Below, in pieces: positions 40,554 through 50,900 of a DNA stretch of 64,000 nucleotides. The DNA comes from Candidatus Methanomethylophilaceae archaeon (lineage in GTDB: Archaea > Thermoplasmatota > Thermoplasmata > Methanomassiliicoccales > Methanomethylophilaceae), in contig CALUHR010000013.1 of NCBI GenBank assembly GCA_944320495.1, positions 416,001 to 480,000 on the forward strand, in the 5' to 3' direction. The notes below the pieces were generated by a model. The model was given only the letters and a program-made list of their open reading frames with translations, was not told the DNA's origin and ran no database searches. The translations under genes were made by a program, and so were the position numbers. Numbering within the stretch: position 1 is the first letter of the stretch; every line of letters starts with the position of its first letter.

Positions 40554-41717
40554 GTGGAAACCGTGGGCGCGTACTCCGACGGGATGGGGAAGCCGGGTCT
40601 GGCGGCCGTGATGACCCTGTACTTCTTCAGTCTGGGGTTCTGCATAGTGACCCCTGCGATGGCGAAGTTTGCCGAGGCCTTCCCGTCCCAGGAGTACGCG
40701 CTCATAAACTCCCTTCCGACGATCTTCATAGCGGCTGCAGGGATAGCCTTCGGATTCGTGGCCGGCAGAAAGGTCGGATACAGGACGATGGCCGTCGCAG
40801 GTTCAGCTCTGTGCCTGGTCGCCGGCATAGCTCCCGCGTTCATCGACGATTTCGGGCTCATCCTCGTATGCCGCTCCATCGTCGGCATCGGGGTCGGGCT
40901 GCTCATACCGATGGCGAACGCCCTGGTCAACGGCTCCTTCGAGGGGGATGCCAGGGCAAGGTTGCTGTCTGCAGGCAGCCTGATGCTCAACCTGGGCGGC
41001 ATAGTCCTGCAGTCCGTCGGAGGGTTCCTGGCAGACGTCGGATGGCAGACGACGTTCTACGGCTACCTCCTATTCATCGTGGCGCTGGTGATGTCGTTCA
41101 TGATCCCCGATGTCCGCAGCGACGGACCCATGGGGTGGAGGTGCCTGGACCGCCGGATGGCCGTCGTGGTGGCCCTCTTCATGGTTTACGGCATCCTCCA
41201 GTTCTCGGTCATGCAAAACACCTCCGAGCTGTTCGAGCTCCGTGGCGCGGGAGGCGCATCCGCATCAGGCCTGGCACTGTCGGTTTTCACCGCTCTGGGG
41301 TGCGTCGGCGGGATGCTGTATTCACGCATAAGGTCGGTCTCAACCCGTGCGGTGTTTCCCCTGCTGTGGGCGGCAACGGCGGTGGGCGCGCTGATACAGG
41401 CGGTCTCCGAGAGCGGAGCGCTGATGACCGCAGGGCTGGCGGTGTTCGGATTCGGCTTCGGAATGATCATCCCCGCCTTCGTCGATTGGGCAGGGGTCAT
41501 GAGCAAGCCGTCCACCGTCGCATTCGCCACGGCCCTGACGACATCCGGGCTCTACACGGGCAGCTTCCTCTCCCTGGTGTGGAGCGGGGTCGGCGATTCG
41601 CTGTTCGGGGAGCACCTGGTGTCGAATCTGTGGGCGGCGGTCGCTGTCGGTGCACTGCTGGCGGTCGTGTTCCTCCTCTATGACCCCCTGAGGTCCAGCT
41701 CCGATGGGAGGAGCCGA
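40554..41717 (+). CDS. MFS transporter (387 aa, CGA-terminated)
   Basis: About 12 TM helices and a GFVAGRKVGYR motif A. The CGA at 41715-41717 lies 4 nt before the next ATG. Confidence 0.85.
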
Positions 41718-41721
41718 GCGG

Positions 41722-42282
41722 ATGGACGCCGTCGAAGCAGCCGTGCGTTCGGTGCCAGGTCCGAACGTCACGTACGTGGGGTCGTTCGATCTGGCGGAGC
41801 ACCCGGTTAGGATAACGGAGGAGGTCCGCCGTGCCTGCGAAGCCAACTACTGCGGGCACTATGGGAGGAATCGGGCATGTCCTCCTCACGCACCGCCGTG
41901 CCAGACGTGCGCAGCGATGCTCTCGCGTTACATCAAGGTGATATTGATCAGGACGACGTTTGCACGCGACGGACCGTTCGACCTCGAAGGGATGGAGAGG
42001 GCGTCAGAGGCGCACGCGGGCTACTCCTTCGATGTTCGTAGGATGCTCCGGGGCATCGACGGGCTGGAATTCACGATGCTTGGGGCCGGTCCTTGCACCC
42101 ATTGCTCGGGACGCCCCTGTCCGGAGGATGGGTGCAGGTCGCCTCCCGATCGCATGTTCTCGATAGAGGCGTACGGCATCGATCTGACATCGTTCCTCGT
42201 CTCCAACGGCATTGACCGCAGGGGAGGAGACAGGGAGCAGTCGTACTTCTCGATGGTCTTCTACAACCCTCTGGAGCATCGA
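41722..42282 (+). CDS. DUF2284-like Cys-rich metal-binding protein (186 aa, CGA-terminated)
   Basis: CEANYCGHYGRNRACPP, LGAGPCTHC...CRSP and FSIEAYGID motifs; ends YFSMVFYNPLEH before the CGA. Confidence 0.8.
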
Positions 42283-42289
42283 CGGAGCA

Positions 42290-43159
42290 TCAGTCCGCGG
42301 ACGTCGGACGTGTAGAGTTCAGGAACGACTTGCACTTGGCGTAGAGGTCGACGGTGGGCTGCGTGCTCGCCCATCCCGGCTCGGCATCCTTGATCTCGAG
42401 GCGCATCCTCCTTTCCAGGACCTTCAGGTTCTCGTCGAAGTTCTCGTTCCCGATCCCGTTGTCCAGTCTGAGCAGGTACTTGTAATCCCCGAGGCTCAGC
42501 AGCCATCTCATGTACCCGTCCTGTCCCGGCTCTATCCCGAGCACCTCCATCATGTCGGGCGTAAGGTTCTCGGCGATGGCCTCGGCCTCCTTGTTGTTGG
42601 CCCTCATGAAGTCGTCGTAGTTCGTCGCCATCGCCGGGAACACGTACATGCACCTCGGATAGCGCTTCTCCATCTGGAAGTACTTCGGGCCGCCGGCGAT
42701 GTTGACGCCGACGCAGTCGTGGCACAGGTTGCCTTCGGAGTCGCAGAACATCGCGGACGGCTTGTAGCCCTTCGAGCGGCACCACTCGGGGATGTTCCAT
42801 TCGTAGTTGCCGCACGTCCCGAGGTAGAACCCTATGGCGTCGACATGGGGCTGCATCTCCTCGGTCATCGCCTCCACCTTGGCCCTAAGGTCGTCGGGGA
42901 CCGCATGGAGTCCCAGATTGAACATGAGCACGACGAGGTTGAACCGGTCAGAGGACGGTACGTACCTCCCTGCGAGGAAGTCCCCCTCCTCGATCAGCCT
43001 GTAGGGGATGGAGTGGCTCTCCAGCTTCCTGCACATGGACCCGATGTTCTCGTTCCTGATGATTGCCACGTCCTTCTCCTCGGGGTCGCTGCTGAGGCTG
43101 TAGATGAGATTGTCCTCCAGCATAGGGCATCCGATGATGCCCAGAACTCCAGATGTCAT
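42290..43159 (-). CDS. DUF1638-domain protein
   Basis: GLHAVPDDL, FYLGTCGN and CHDCVG motifs. Start chosen at MTSGVLG; the ORF-track TTG extension has CGA as its second codon. Confidence 0.75.
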   Translation of the reverse strand: MTSGVLGIIGCPMLEDNLIYSLSSDPEEKDVAIIRNENIGSMCRKLESHSIPYRLIEEGDFLAGRYVPSSDRFNLVVLMFNLGLHAVPDDLRAKVEAMTEEMQPHVDAIGFYLGTCGNYEWNIPEWCRSKGYKPSAMFCDSEGNLCHDCVGVNIAGGPKYFQMEKRYPRCMYVFPAMATNYDDFMRANNKEAEAIAENLTPDMMEVLGIEPGQDGYMRWLLSLGDYKYLLRLDNGIGNENFDENLKVLERRMRLEIKDAEPGWASTQPTVDLYAKCKSFLNSTRPTSAD

Positions 43160-43263
43160 GAGTATGACATATCGCAATCCGGCGTATATATTGGGAGGGG
43201 AAACGGATTATACCTGGGTCCGGCGGCATCGGGTTTAATACGCCGTCGGGTTTGAGGCGCCGC

Positions 43264-43677
43264 ATGGATACGCGCGTCCGGTATCTGGTTGTGCTCATCG
43301 CGTACGTGGCCATCGTGATAGTCGCTGGCACTGCGGTGACGATCAGGTTCACGGAGCTGGACGCCGTCGATTCGTTCTATTACGTGGTGCAGACCCTGTG
43401 GACGGTCGGCTACGGCGATGTCGTCCCGGCAGGACACGTCGGCAAGGTGATCACGCTCTGGCTGAACATCCTGGGGACGGTGGCCGTCCTCTCCGCGATC
43501 GGAATCGTCAGCGGCATCGTCCTGGACCGGTTCATGGACCGCCAGAGGAAGCTGGAGTCCGAGGCGTCGGAGCGCCGCAGGGAGATGCGCAGGGCCGTCC
43601 TGGCATGGGCCGACCGCAACGGCATAGACCGCTCCGAGATCGAGGGGGTGATTGGCGATGGTCCTAAGGAGCACCGA
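43264..43677 (+). CDS. minimal 2-TM potassium channel subunit A (137 aa, CGA-terminated)
   Basis: DSFYYVVQTLWTVGYGDVVP pore signature; no RCK domain. Confidence 0.85.
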
Positions 43678-44131
43678 TGCGGAGCTGCTGAGGTGGGTCC
43701 TCATCGTCGCCGTCGTCCTGGGCGCGTTCACCCTCATGTTCTCTCACGTGGAGGGGTGGGACCTCTTCGACTCGTTCTACTTCGTGCTCTGCACGTCCAC
43801 CACCTCCGGCTTCGGGGACGTCGTGGTCTCTCCGGAGAACAGGCTGCTGGCATCCGTCTTCATCATCGTGGCCGCCACCCTGGTCCTGTCCCTGGCCGCC
43901 AACGTGGGGCAGTGGATCATGGACTCGGTGGGCCGCAGGATGGCGGTAAGGAGGTTCAGGGGCGAGGTGGCGGATACGAAGCTCCGGCTGAGGGGCCTGG
44001 GTGCCGACACGTCGGACCTGGAGGCCGAGCTGGATCGCATCATGGAGGCCGGGAGCAGGGCCATGGGGGAGATGAGGGCCGATGAGCTCGATCTCGGTCC
44101 AGAGCTGGAGGGTCTCCGCAGGAGGCGCCGA
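43658..44131 (+). CDS. minimal 2-TM potassium channel-like subunit B (157 aa, CGA-terminated)
   Basis: DSFYFVLCTSTTSGFGDVV variant filter, followed by a coiled-coil tail. Confidence 0.78.
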
Positions 44132-44182
44132 CCGTCCCCATGGCTACGTTCACTTTATCACGGTCCCGCGCATCTCTCGTGC

Positions 44183-45139
44183 ATGTACCGCCACGCCGAC
44201 CTGGGGGAAGCCATAGCACGCTCGGTCAGGGAGTCCTCCGAGGGGCGCGATGTCGCCGTAGCATTCTCTGGCGGCCTGGATTCCGGACTCGTCGCAGGTC
44301 TTGCGGCGAGATATGCGAGGTCCGTGCATCTGTACACGTGCGGCACCGCCAACGCCTACGACGTGGTCGCCGCCGACGAGCTCTCGAAGAGGCTCGGCCT
44401 GCCGTGGACGCATGTGAGGCTCACCACCGGGAACATAGGTCCTCTGATCGTCGAACTGATGTCCGCCACTGGGGTGACCGATCCGTTCACCGTGTCCTAC
44501 GAGCTCCAGCTGTTCAGCGTCTGCAGGGAGTGCTCCGAGGACGTGGTCCTCACCGGGCAGGGTGCGGACGAGTACTTCATGGGATGCGCCAAGTACGTGG
44601 GGAGGACGGCGGAGGCCTACGACTCACTGGTGAGGGCGGGGAAGGACCGTCTCCGCGAGGTGTCGATTCCGTGCGAGCTCGCCATAGCATCCCACTTCTC
44701 GAAGGACCTGCGTTATCCGTACATGGATCCGGAGGTCGTCGAGCAGGCGGAGGCCCTGGACCCGGAGGAGCTCTTGCCGAGGGATATGGATTCGAGGAAG
44801 GCCGTGCTGAAGGACATCGCCCGCGGCCTGGGGTTCGACTGCCTTCTGGACAGGAGGAAGAAGTCCTCCCAGTACGGCTCCGGGACCACCGACCTCATAA
44901 GGGCGGTCGCCAGGGAGAGGGGCATGAGGTACAACGAGTACATCGATTCCCTGCGCGGTGCCGCAACGTCGGGTCTGCCGATGAGCGGACGCGGGTCCGT
45001 GGTGGACGCCAGGGTGGACTCGGTCCTCAAGGCGGAGGCGGAGAGGATCATCCGTGAGGGTGGGATGGACCCGTCGGCGGTCATCGAGGCGGTTTACCGC
45101 AGGATCGTCAGGGACGGGGACCTGAGGTCCGTCAGGTGA
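44183..45139 (+). CDS. asparagine synthase C-terminal (PP-loop) domain protein with C-terminal RelB/DinJ-like RHH domain (318 aa)
   Basis: VAFSGGLDSG, VLTGQGADEYFMG, LRYPYMD and RKKSSQYGSG motifs. It has its own TATA-like box (ctttatca, 44153-44160) about 25 nt upstream of the ATG. Confidence 0.82.
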   Translation: MYRHADLGEAIARSVRESSEGRDVAVAFSGGLDSGLVAGLAARYARSVHLYTCGTANAYDVVAADELSKRLGLPWTHVRLTTGNIGPLIVELMSATGVTDPFTVSYELQLFSVCRECSEDVVLTGQGADEYFMGCAKYVGRTAEAYDSLVRAGKDRLREVSIPCELAIASHFSKDLRYPYMDPEVVEQAEALDPEELLPRDMDSRKAVLKDIARGLGFDCLLDRRKKSSQYGSGTTDLIRAVARERGMRYNEYIDSLRGAATSGLPMSGRGSVVDARVDSVLKAEAERIIREGGMDPSAVIEAVYRRIVRDGDLRSVR

Positions 45140-45301
45140 ACGATAAGCCCTCGATCCAAAAGCAATCGAGGGGCCATCCAAACGCTCGCTCAGCAATCCA
45201 GAATATCTGAAGCCGGGTCTCGGGATCCGGACCGGCGTCCGGATGACGGCAACGCGCATAACCATTTTAGGCGGGGCCACCATCCGGAACCAGGTGCCAA
45301 C

Positions 45302-45874
45302 ATGGATGTCATCGGCGTTATCGCCATCATGCTGAACGGACTCTGGCTGTTCCTGCCCGCGATGCTGCCGAACTCGGCGGCCGTCGTGTTCGGCGGAGGC
45401 ACCAAGATAGACTTCGGCAAGTCCTGGAGGGGCAGGAGGATCTTCGGGGACGGGAAGTCCTGGAGGGGATTCTTCGGAGGCGCGTTCTCCGGGATCCTGT
45501 TCGGGCTGATCCTGATCGGGATCTCCGCCCTGTTCGGTTCGGAGGACTACTGGGGCTTCGGGGCGTTCTGGGGCAACGTGGGCGTTCTCGCCTGCCTGTC
45601 CTTCGGAGCGGTGCTCGGGGACCTCTGCGGGGCGTTCATCAAGAGGCGCCTCGGCATGGAGAGGGGCCAGAAGGCCCCGATCCTGGACCAGTATGACTTC
45701 GTCATAGGCGCGTTCCTCGTGACGGCGCTGTTCTTCCCCGACTGGGTCTACGCCAACTTCATCGAGGGCTGGCACATCGCGGCCCTGATCTTCATCATAG
45801 TCATCATGTTCGCCATCCACAGGCTGGTGAACATAATCGGTTACAGGATGGGCCTGAAGAAGGAACCCTGGTGA
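45302..45874 (+). CDS. carS: CDP-archaeol synthase
   Basis: PAMLPNSAAV, RIFGDGKSWRGF, GDLCGAFIKRRLG, PILDQYDF and the C-terminal GLKKEPW. Confidence 0.93.
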   Translation: MDVIGVIAIMLNGLWLFLPAMLPNSAAVVFGGGTKIDFGKSWRGRRIFGDGKSWRGFFGGAFSGILFGLILIGISALFGSEDYWGFGAFWGNVGVLACLSFGAVLGDLCGAFIKRRLGMERGQKAPILDQYDFVIGAFLVTALFFPDWVYANFIEGWHIAALIFIIVIMFAIHRLVNIIGYRMGLKKEPW

Positions 45875-45879
45875 TTCAA

Positions 45880-46410
45880 ATGAGCGAGCTATCCGACGCA
45901 TTGAAGGAGTGCGGAGCGCTGCAGTTCGGCGAGTTCACCCTCGCCTCCGGCGCCAAGAGCGACTACTACATCAACATCAAGAAGGCCAGCACGGACCCGA
46001 AGGTCCTGGGCCTCATCGCCCGCCTGATGGCGGAGAAGGTCCGCGAGAACGGCATCGAGGCCGACAGGATCGCCGGCGTCGTGCTCGGGGCCGTGCCGCT
46101 GGAGGCCGCGCTGGCCCTGGAGACGGGCCTCCCGTTCGTCATGGTCCGCAAGGAGAAGAAGGACCACGGGACCGGGAAGCAGATCGAGGGCGACCTGAAC
46201 GAGGGCGAGAGCGTCCTGATGGTGGAGGACGTGGTCACCACCGCCGGGTCCTGCATCAAGGGCATCCACGTGCTCCGCGAGGCCGGTGCGGACGTGAAGT
46301 GGGTCCTCTCCGTCATAGATCGCGAGGCCGGAGGCGCCGAGGCCCTGGAGGCCGAGGGAGTGAGGTTCATCCCGCTCGTCAAGGGCTCCGAGCTCCTGGG
46401 TGAGAGATGA
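45880..46410 (+). CDS. pyrE: orotate phosphoribosyltransferase
   Basis: FTLASGAKSDYYINIK, VRKEKKDHG and VEDVVTTAGS PRPP-binding motif. Confidence 0.96.
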   Translation: MSELSDALKECGALQFGEFTLASGAKSDYYINIKKASTDPKVLGLIARLMAEKVRENGIEADRIAGVVLGAVPLEAALALETGLPFVMVRKEKKDHGTGKQIEGDLNEGESVLMVEDVVTTAGSCIKGIHVLREAGADVKWVLSVIDREAGGAEALEAEGVRFIPLVKGSELLGER

Positions 46411-47747
46411 GGCCCGATCCCGACTGCAGGCTCTGCGGGCTCTGCGAGGGCCGCACGCAGGTCGTCTACCCGGACGGGAACCCCGGCAACGGGATCATCT
46501 TCGTCGGGGAGGGGCCGGGCGAGAACGAGGACCTGAAGGGCAGGCCGTTCGTGGGCAAGTCGGGGAAGATCCTGGAGGACATGATGGCGGCCCACGGCTT
46601 CGGCCGCGCCGACGTCATGATCACCAACACCGTCAAGTGCAGGCCGCCTGGCAACAGGGACCCCCTCCCGGAGGAGATGGCCGCCTGCCGCCCGTTCCTG
46701 TTCTCCGAGCTGGAGGATGCCAGGCTGGTCGTCGGCCTGGGGAAGTCGGCCTGCAGGAACCTGATGGGGTACGAGGGGCCGATGTCCCAGATAGTCAACG
46801 TTCCCGTGACGATAGACATCAACGGCCGCGAGGTCCTGTTCATCCCCACGTACCATCCGGCGGCGACGATATACAACCGCAACTCGCGTGCCGCCCTGGA
46901 CGAGACCATGAGGGTGGTGTCCCAGTGGCTCGGGAGGCCGGAACGGCAGGAGCCGAAGACCATGAGGTTCGGCGGGTTGATGCTGGACATGGACGGGACC
47001 GTCTACAAGGGCGGCGTCCCGATCCCTGGGGCCAGGGAGCTCATATCGTTCCTGAGGGACCAGAGGGTGCCATTCGTCTTCCTGACGAACAACTCTTCCC
47101 ACCCGCGCTCGTTCTACGGCGACAAGCTCAGGCGCCTGGGCTTCGACGTCACCGACCGCGAGGTCCTGACTTCGACGATCGCGACCATAAGGTTCCTCCT
47201 CTCCCAGCGGATGGGCAGGACCGTGTACCCTGTGGCGGTGCCCGGGGTCGTCGACGAGCTCAGGGAGGCGGGCATCCCGCTGGTCGAGGAGGACCCGGAC
47301 ATCGTGCTGCTGACCTTCGACACGATGATCACCTACGAGAAGATCAACAGGGCGTACAGGTTCCTGAAGGGCGGGGCGGAGCTCATAGCCACGCACCCTG
47401 ACGACCTGTGCCCGACCGAGGACTCCTACGACATAGACATCGGACCGTTCATCAGGATGTTCGAGCAGATGTGCCAGACCACCGCGACGGTCATCGGGAA
47501 GCCGAACCGTCTGATGCTCGAGATGGCCGCCCGCGAGATGGGCGTCGACCCGGGCGAGTGCGTCATGGTCGGAGACCGCCTGTACACGGACATAGCGATG
47601 GCGCAGAACGCCGGCACGCAGTCGGTGCTGGTCCTCTCCGGCGAGACCGACGAGGGGATGCTGGAGGGCTCCGACATCCACCCGACGGCCGTGCTCGGGT
47701 CCGTCGCGGAGCTCCCAGAGCTCATACTCCAGTCATTCGACGATCGA
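46407..47747 (+). CDS. family-4 uracil-DNA glycosylase fused to HAD-IIA (NagD-like) hydrolase (446 aa, CGA-terminated)
   Basis: UDG motifs CRLC, GEGPG, PFVG, KCRPPGNR and YHPAA; HAD motifs DMDGTVY, LTNNSS, GKP and MVGDRLYTD. An internal ATG at 46962 is preceded by GGAG. Confidence 0.82.
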
Positions 47748-47945
47748 CGTCAGCCGGTCGCAGGGCATCCCACGGATCCCCGAGGACAGGTGGCCAGATG
47801 TTCCTGGCTTTAAACCCCCTTTAAATATTCGCACCCCTTATCCTTTTAGGTCGTGCGCGCGTCCGGGAAGAGAAGGGTTCCCGGCCGGAAACCGCACAGG
47901 CACGGCATGGGATGCAGGGACGCATGTCCTGGAGAGGTGTGACAG

Positions 47946-50900
47946 TTGCATTTGAAAGCGGTCGAGATGGAGAACTTCAAGTCGTTCGGCGGTAAGATCG
48001 CCGTTCCGCTCATGGACGGATACACGGCGGTCACGGGACCGAACGGCTCGGGCAAGTCCAACATCACCGACGCCATCCTCTTCGTCCTGGGACCCAAGAG
48101 CTCCAAGGCCGTCCGCGCCGGGAAGCTCACCGACCTGATATTCGACGGCGGGAAGTCCCGCGGGAAGGCCGGGTTCACCAAGGTCTCCCTCGTGTTCGAC
48201 AACACCGACCGCCTCATGCCGTGGGACGACGACGAGGTCCGCCTCACACGCTTCGTCAAGCTCTCGGACAACGGCACCGACTACAGCTCATACTTCTACG
48301 TCAACGACCGCAAGTCCACGATGTCCGAGTTCGACGCCCTCCTCACCAAGGCCAGGATATCCGCCGACGGGTACAACCTCGTGCAGCAGGGGGACGTCAC
48401 ACGCATCGTCCAGATGAGCAACATGGAGCGCCGCCGCATCATCGACGGCATCTCGGGCATATCGAGCTTCGATGCCGACATCGAGAAGGCGCGCACCGAG
48501 AGGGCGGAGGCCGAGACCAACCTGGACAGGATCGGCATCGTGATGGAGGAGCTCGCCGTCCAGATCCAGAGGCTGGACCACGACAGGCAGGACGCCCAGA
48601 GGTACCTGGATGCTCAGGCCGCCCTGGAGACCGCCAAGGCGCAGTACGCTCACCGCAGGCTGCAGATGGAGACCGCCAAGCAGGCCTCCGTCGCCGAGCA
48701 GATAGGCCGCCTGGAGGCGTCCATCTCATCGGACACGGACTCCAAGGCCGAGATGGAGAGGCAGCGTGACGAGAAGATCGCGGAGATCCAGGCGAAGGAG
48801 CAGGAGATCGCCTCGAGGATCGGACCCGAGTACACCGAGCTCAAGAAGAGGATCGAGGGTGCGAAGATCGACCTGGCCACCAAGAAGAACGTGGTCGAGA
48901 GCGCCCAGACGGACATGGAGGAGCAGGAGGAGTTCCGCCAGACCTTCGAGGAGTCCATGGCCGCCAACAACGAGCAGGCCAACATGCTCAGGCAGAAGTC
49001 CGTGGAGCTCGACGAGGCCATATCCAAGGCGGAGTCGGAGCTCCAGGCCGCATCCGCGGAGGAGGCGGAGGCCTCGGAGGCCATCGCCCAGACCGGAGGG
49101 GAGCAGAGGGAGCTCCAGGCCAGGCTCGACAGCCTCGACGCGGAGTTCTCGCAGCGCTCGGAATCGCTCAGGCAGGCGCAGGCGGAGCTGTCCAAGGCGG
49201 AGGCCGAGGCGGACGAGGCCCACACGGCCGTCGCCGACCTGGACGAGCGCATCCAGAGCATCGATTTCGAGATCAAGGACGCCAAGTGGAGCCTGGACCA
49301 GCTGAAGGCGGAGGCCGGGCCCAGCACCGAGGACTTCGGGCAGAGGATCCTGGAGGCCAAGAGGCGCGAGGCGGAGCTGGAGAGGCAGGAGTCCGAGCTG
49401 GACTCCGCGTACCGCAGGATTGACGGGGAGTACAACGCCCTGCAGGCCGAGAAGCGCGTCACCGAACGCATGGGCCGCGGAAGCGCGGCCGTGGAGGCCA
49501 TCCTCGCGCTGAGGAATCGCGGCGAGATGCGCGGCATCCACGGCACCATCCAGGAGCTCGCCACCGTCGACAAGGAGTACGAGACCGCGCTCTCCGTCGC
49601 GGCGGGCAGCAAGATGATGGCGGTCGTCGTGGACGACGACCAGGTCGCCGCGGACGCGATCGCCTTCCTGAAGAGGGAGAGGCTGGGCCGCGTGACGTTC
49701 CTGCCCCTCACCAAGATGATGGGTGGCAAGCCCAGGGCCAAGGCGATCATCTCGGAGAAGGACTCCGAGGGGTACGCGATCAACCTCATCGATTTCGACC
49801 CGAAGTACCAGAACGCCTTCTGGTACGTCCTCGGGGACACCCTCGTGGTGAGGGACATGGACGCGGCCAGGAGGATCATGGGCGGCGTCAGGATCGTGAC
49901 CAGGGCCGGGGAGCTCGTGGAGGCCTCCGGAGCCATGGTGGGAGGGACGCTGAGCCTCCAGAACATGCCGCGCTTCGGCGCCGCGTCGGAGGACAAGCTC
50001 GCCGCCACCGGCGAGAAGCTCAGGAAGGCGCAGGAGGCCCTGGCCGATGTGCGCGCGAAGCTCCGCCAGGTGCGCGAGGAGATCCGCGGCATAGACGACG
50101 AGATGCGCAAGGCGTCCTCGTCGGGCATGGAGCAAAGGGAGCTCATGGCCCAGACCAAGGGCCGCGTGGAGGAGCTGGAGCGCTCCAGGAAGGCCGCCGC
50201 CGAGCAGATGAGGGCCGCCCGCGAGAGGATGTCCGCCGCCGACACCGCGCTGGAGGCGGCCACCAAGGCGTTCTCCGAGGGATCCTCGGAGATGTCCCGC
50301 GTGTCGGAGGAGAGGGCCGCGGTCAAGGACCGTATGGCGAAGATCGCCCCGGCCGACCTCCAGGCGAGGATACAGGCGGTCCGCGACAGGATATACAGGC
50401 TGAAGGACAGGCTGTCCGACCTCAGGATGCAGCGCAACGGCGCCTCCACCGAGATCAACGGTCTCGCGAAGCAGAACGAGTCCCTGCAGGTCCAGTTGGA
50501 CTCCGTCCTCCGCGCGATCGAGCAGGACCGCACGGCCATAGCCGAGGGTACCGCGCAGATCGAGAGGTCCAGGCTGGACCTGGACGCCCTCCGCAGGATC
50601 GAGTCCGAGATGGAGAGCGGCATCGAGGGCCTCCGCAACGAGAAGGACGCCCTCAACGAGGCGCGCTACAAGCTGGACGCGGACATCCGCGAGAAGTCGA
50701 AGGACATCGAGAACTCCGTGTCCGCACTGTCCTCGTTCAGGGCGCAGGCCATCCAGGTGGCCGACGCGGTGGAGCAGTGCCGCGCGGAGGTCGCCGCCAT
50801 AACGGTGGAGGTCCCGGAGCCGATCCCCTCGGAGGAGGAGATCCGCAGGGCCATACGCACCCATGAGTCCACCATCGCCAAGATCGGGAACGTCAACCTG

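Noticed and set aside
46941-46964. CGG as a second reassigned stop (CGG in the UDG-HAD linker, near the NUDIX end and next to CGA in nop5)
   Set aside because: CGG occurs inside conserved regions of fibrillarin, ScpA, the DHH protein, agmatinase, the HAD and the aldolase, so it must be read as Arg.
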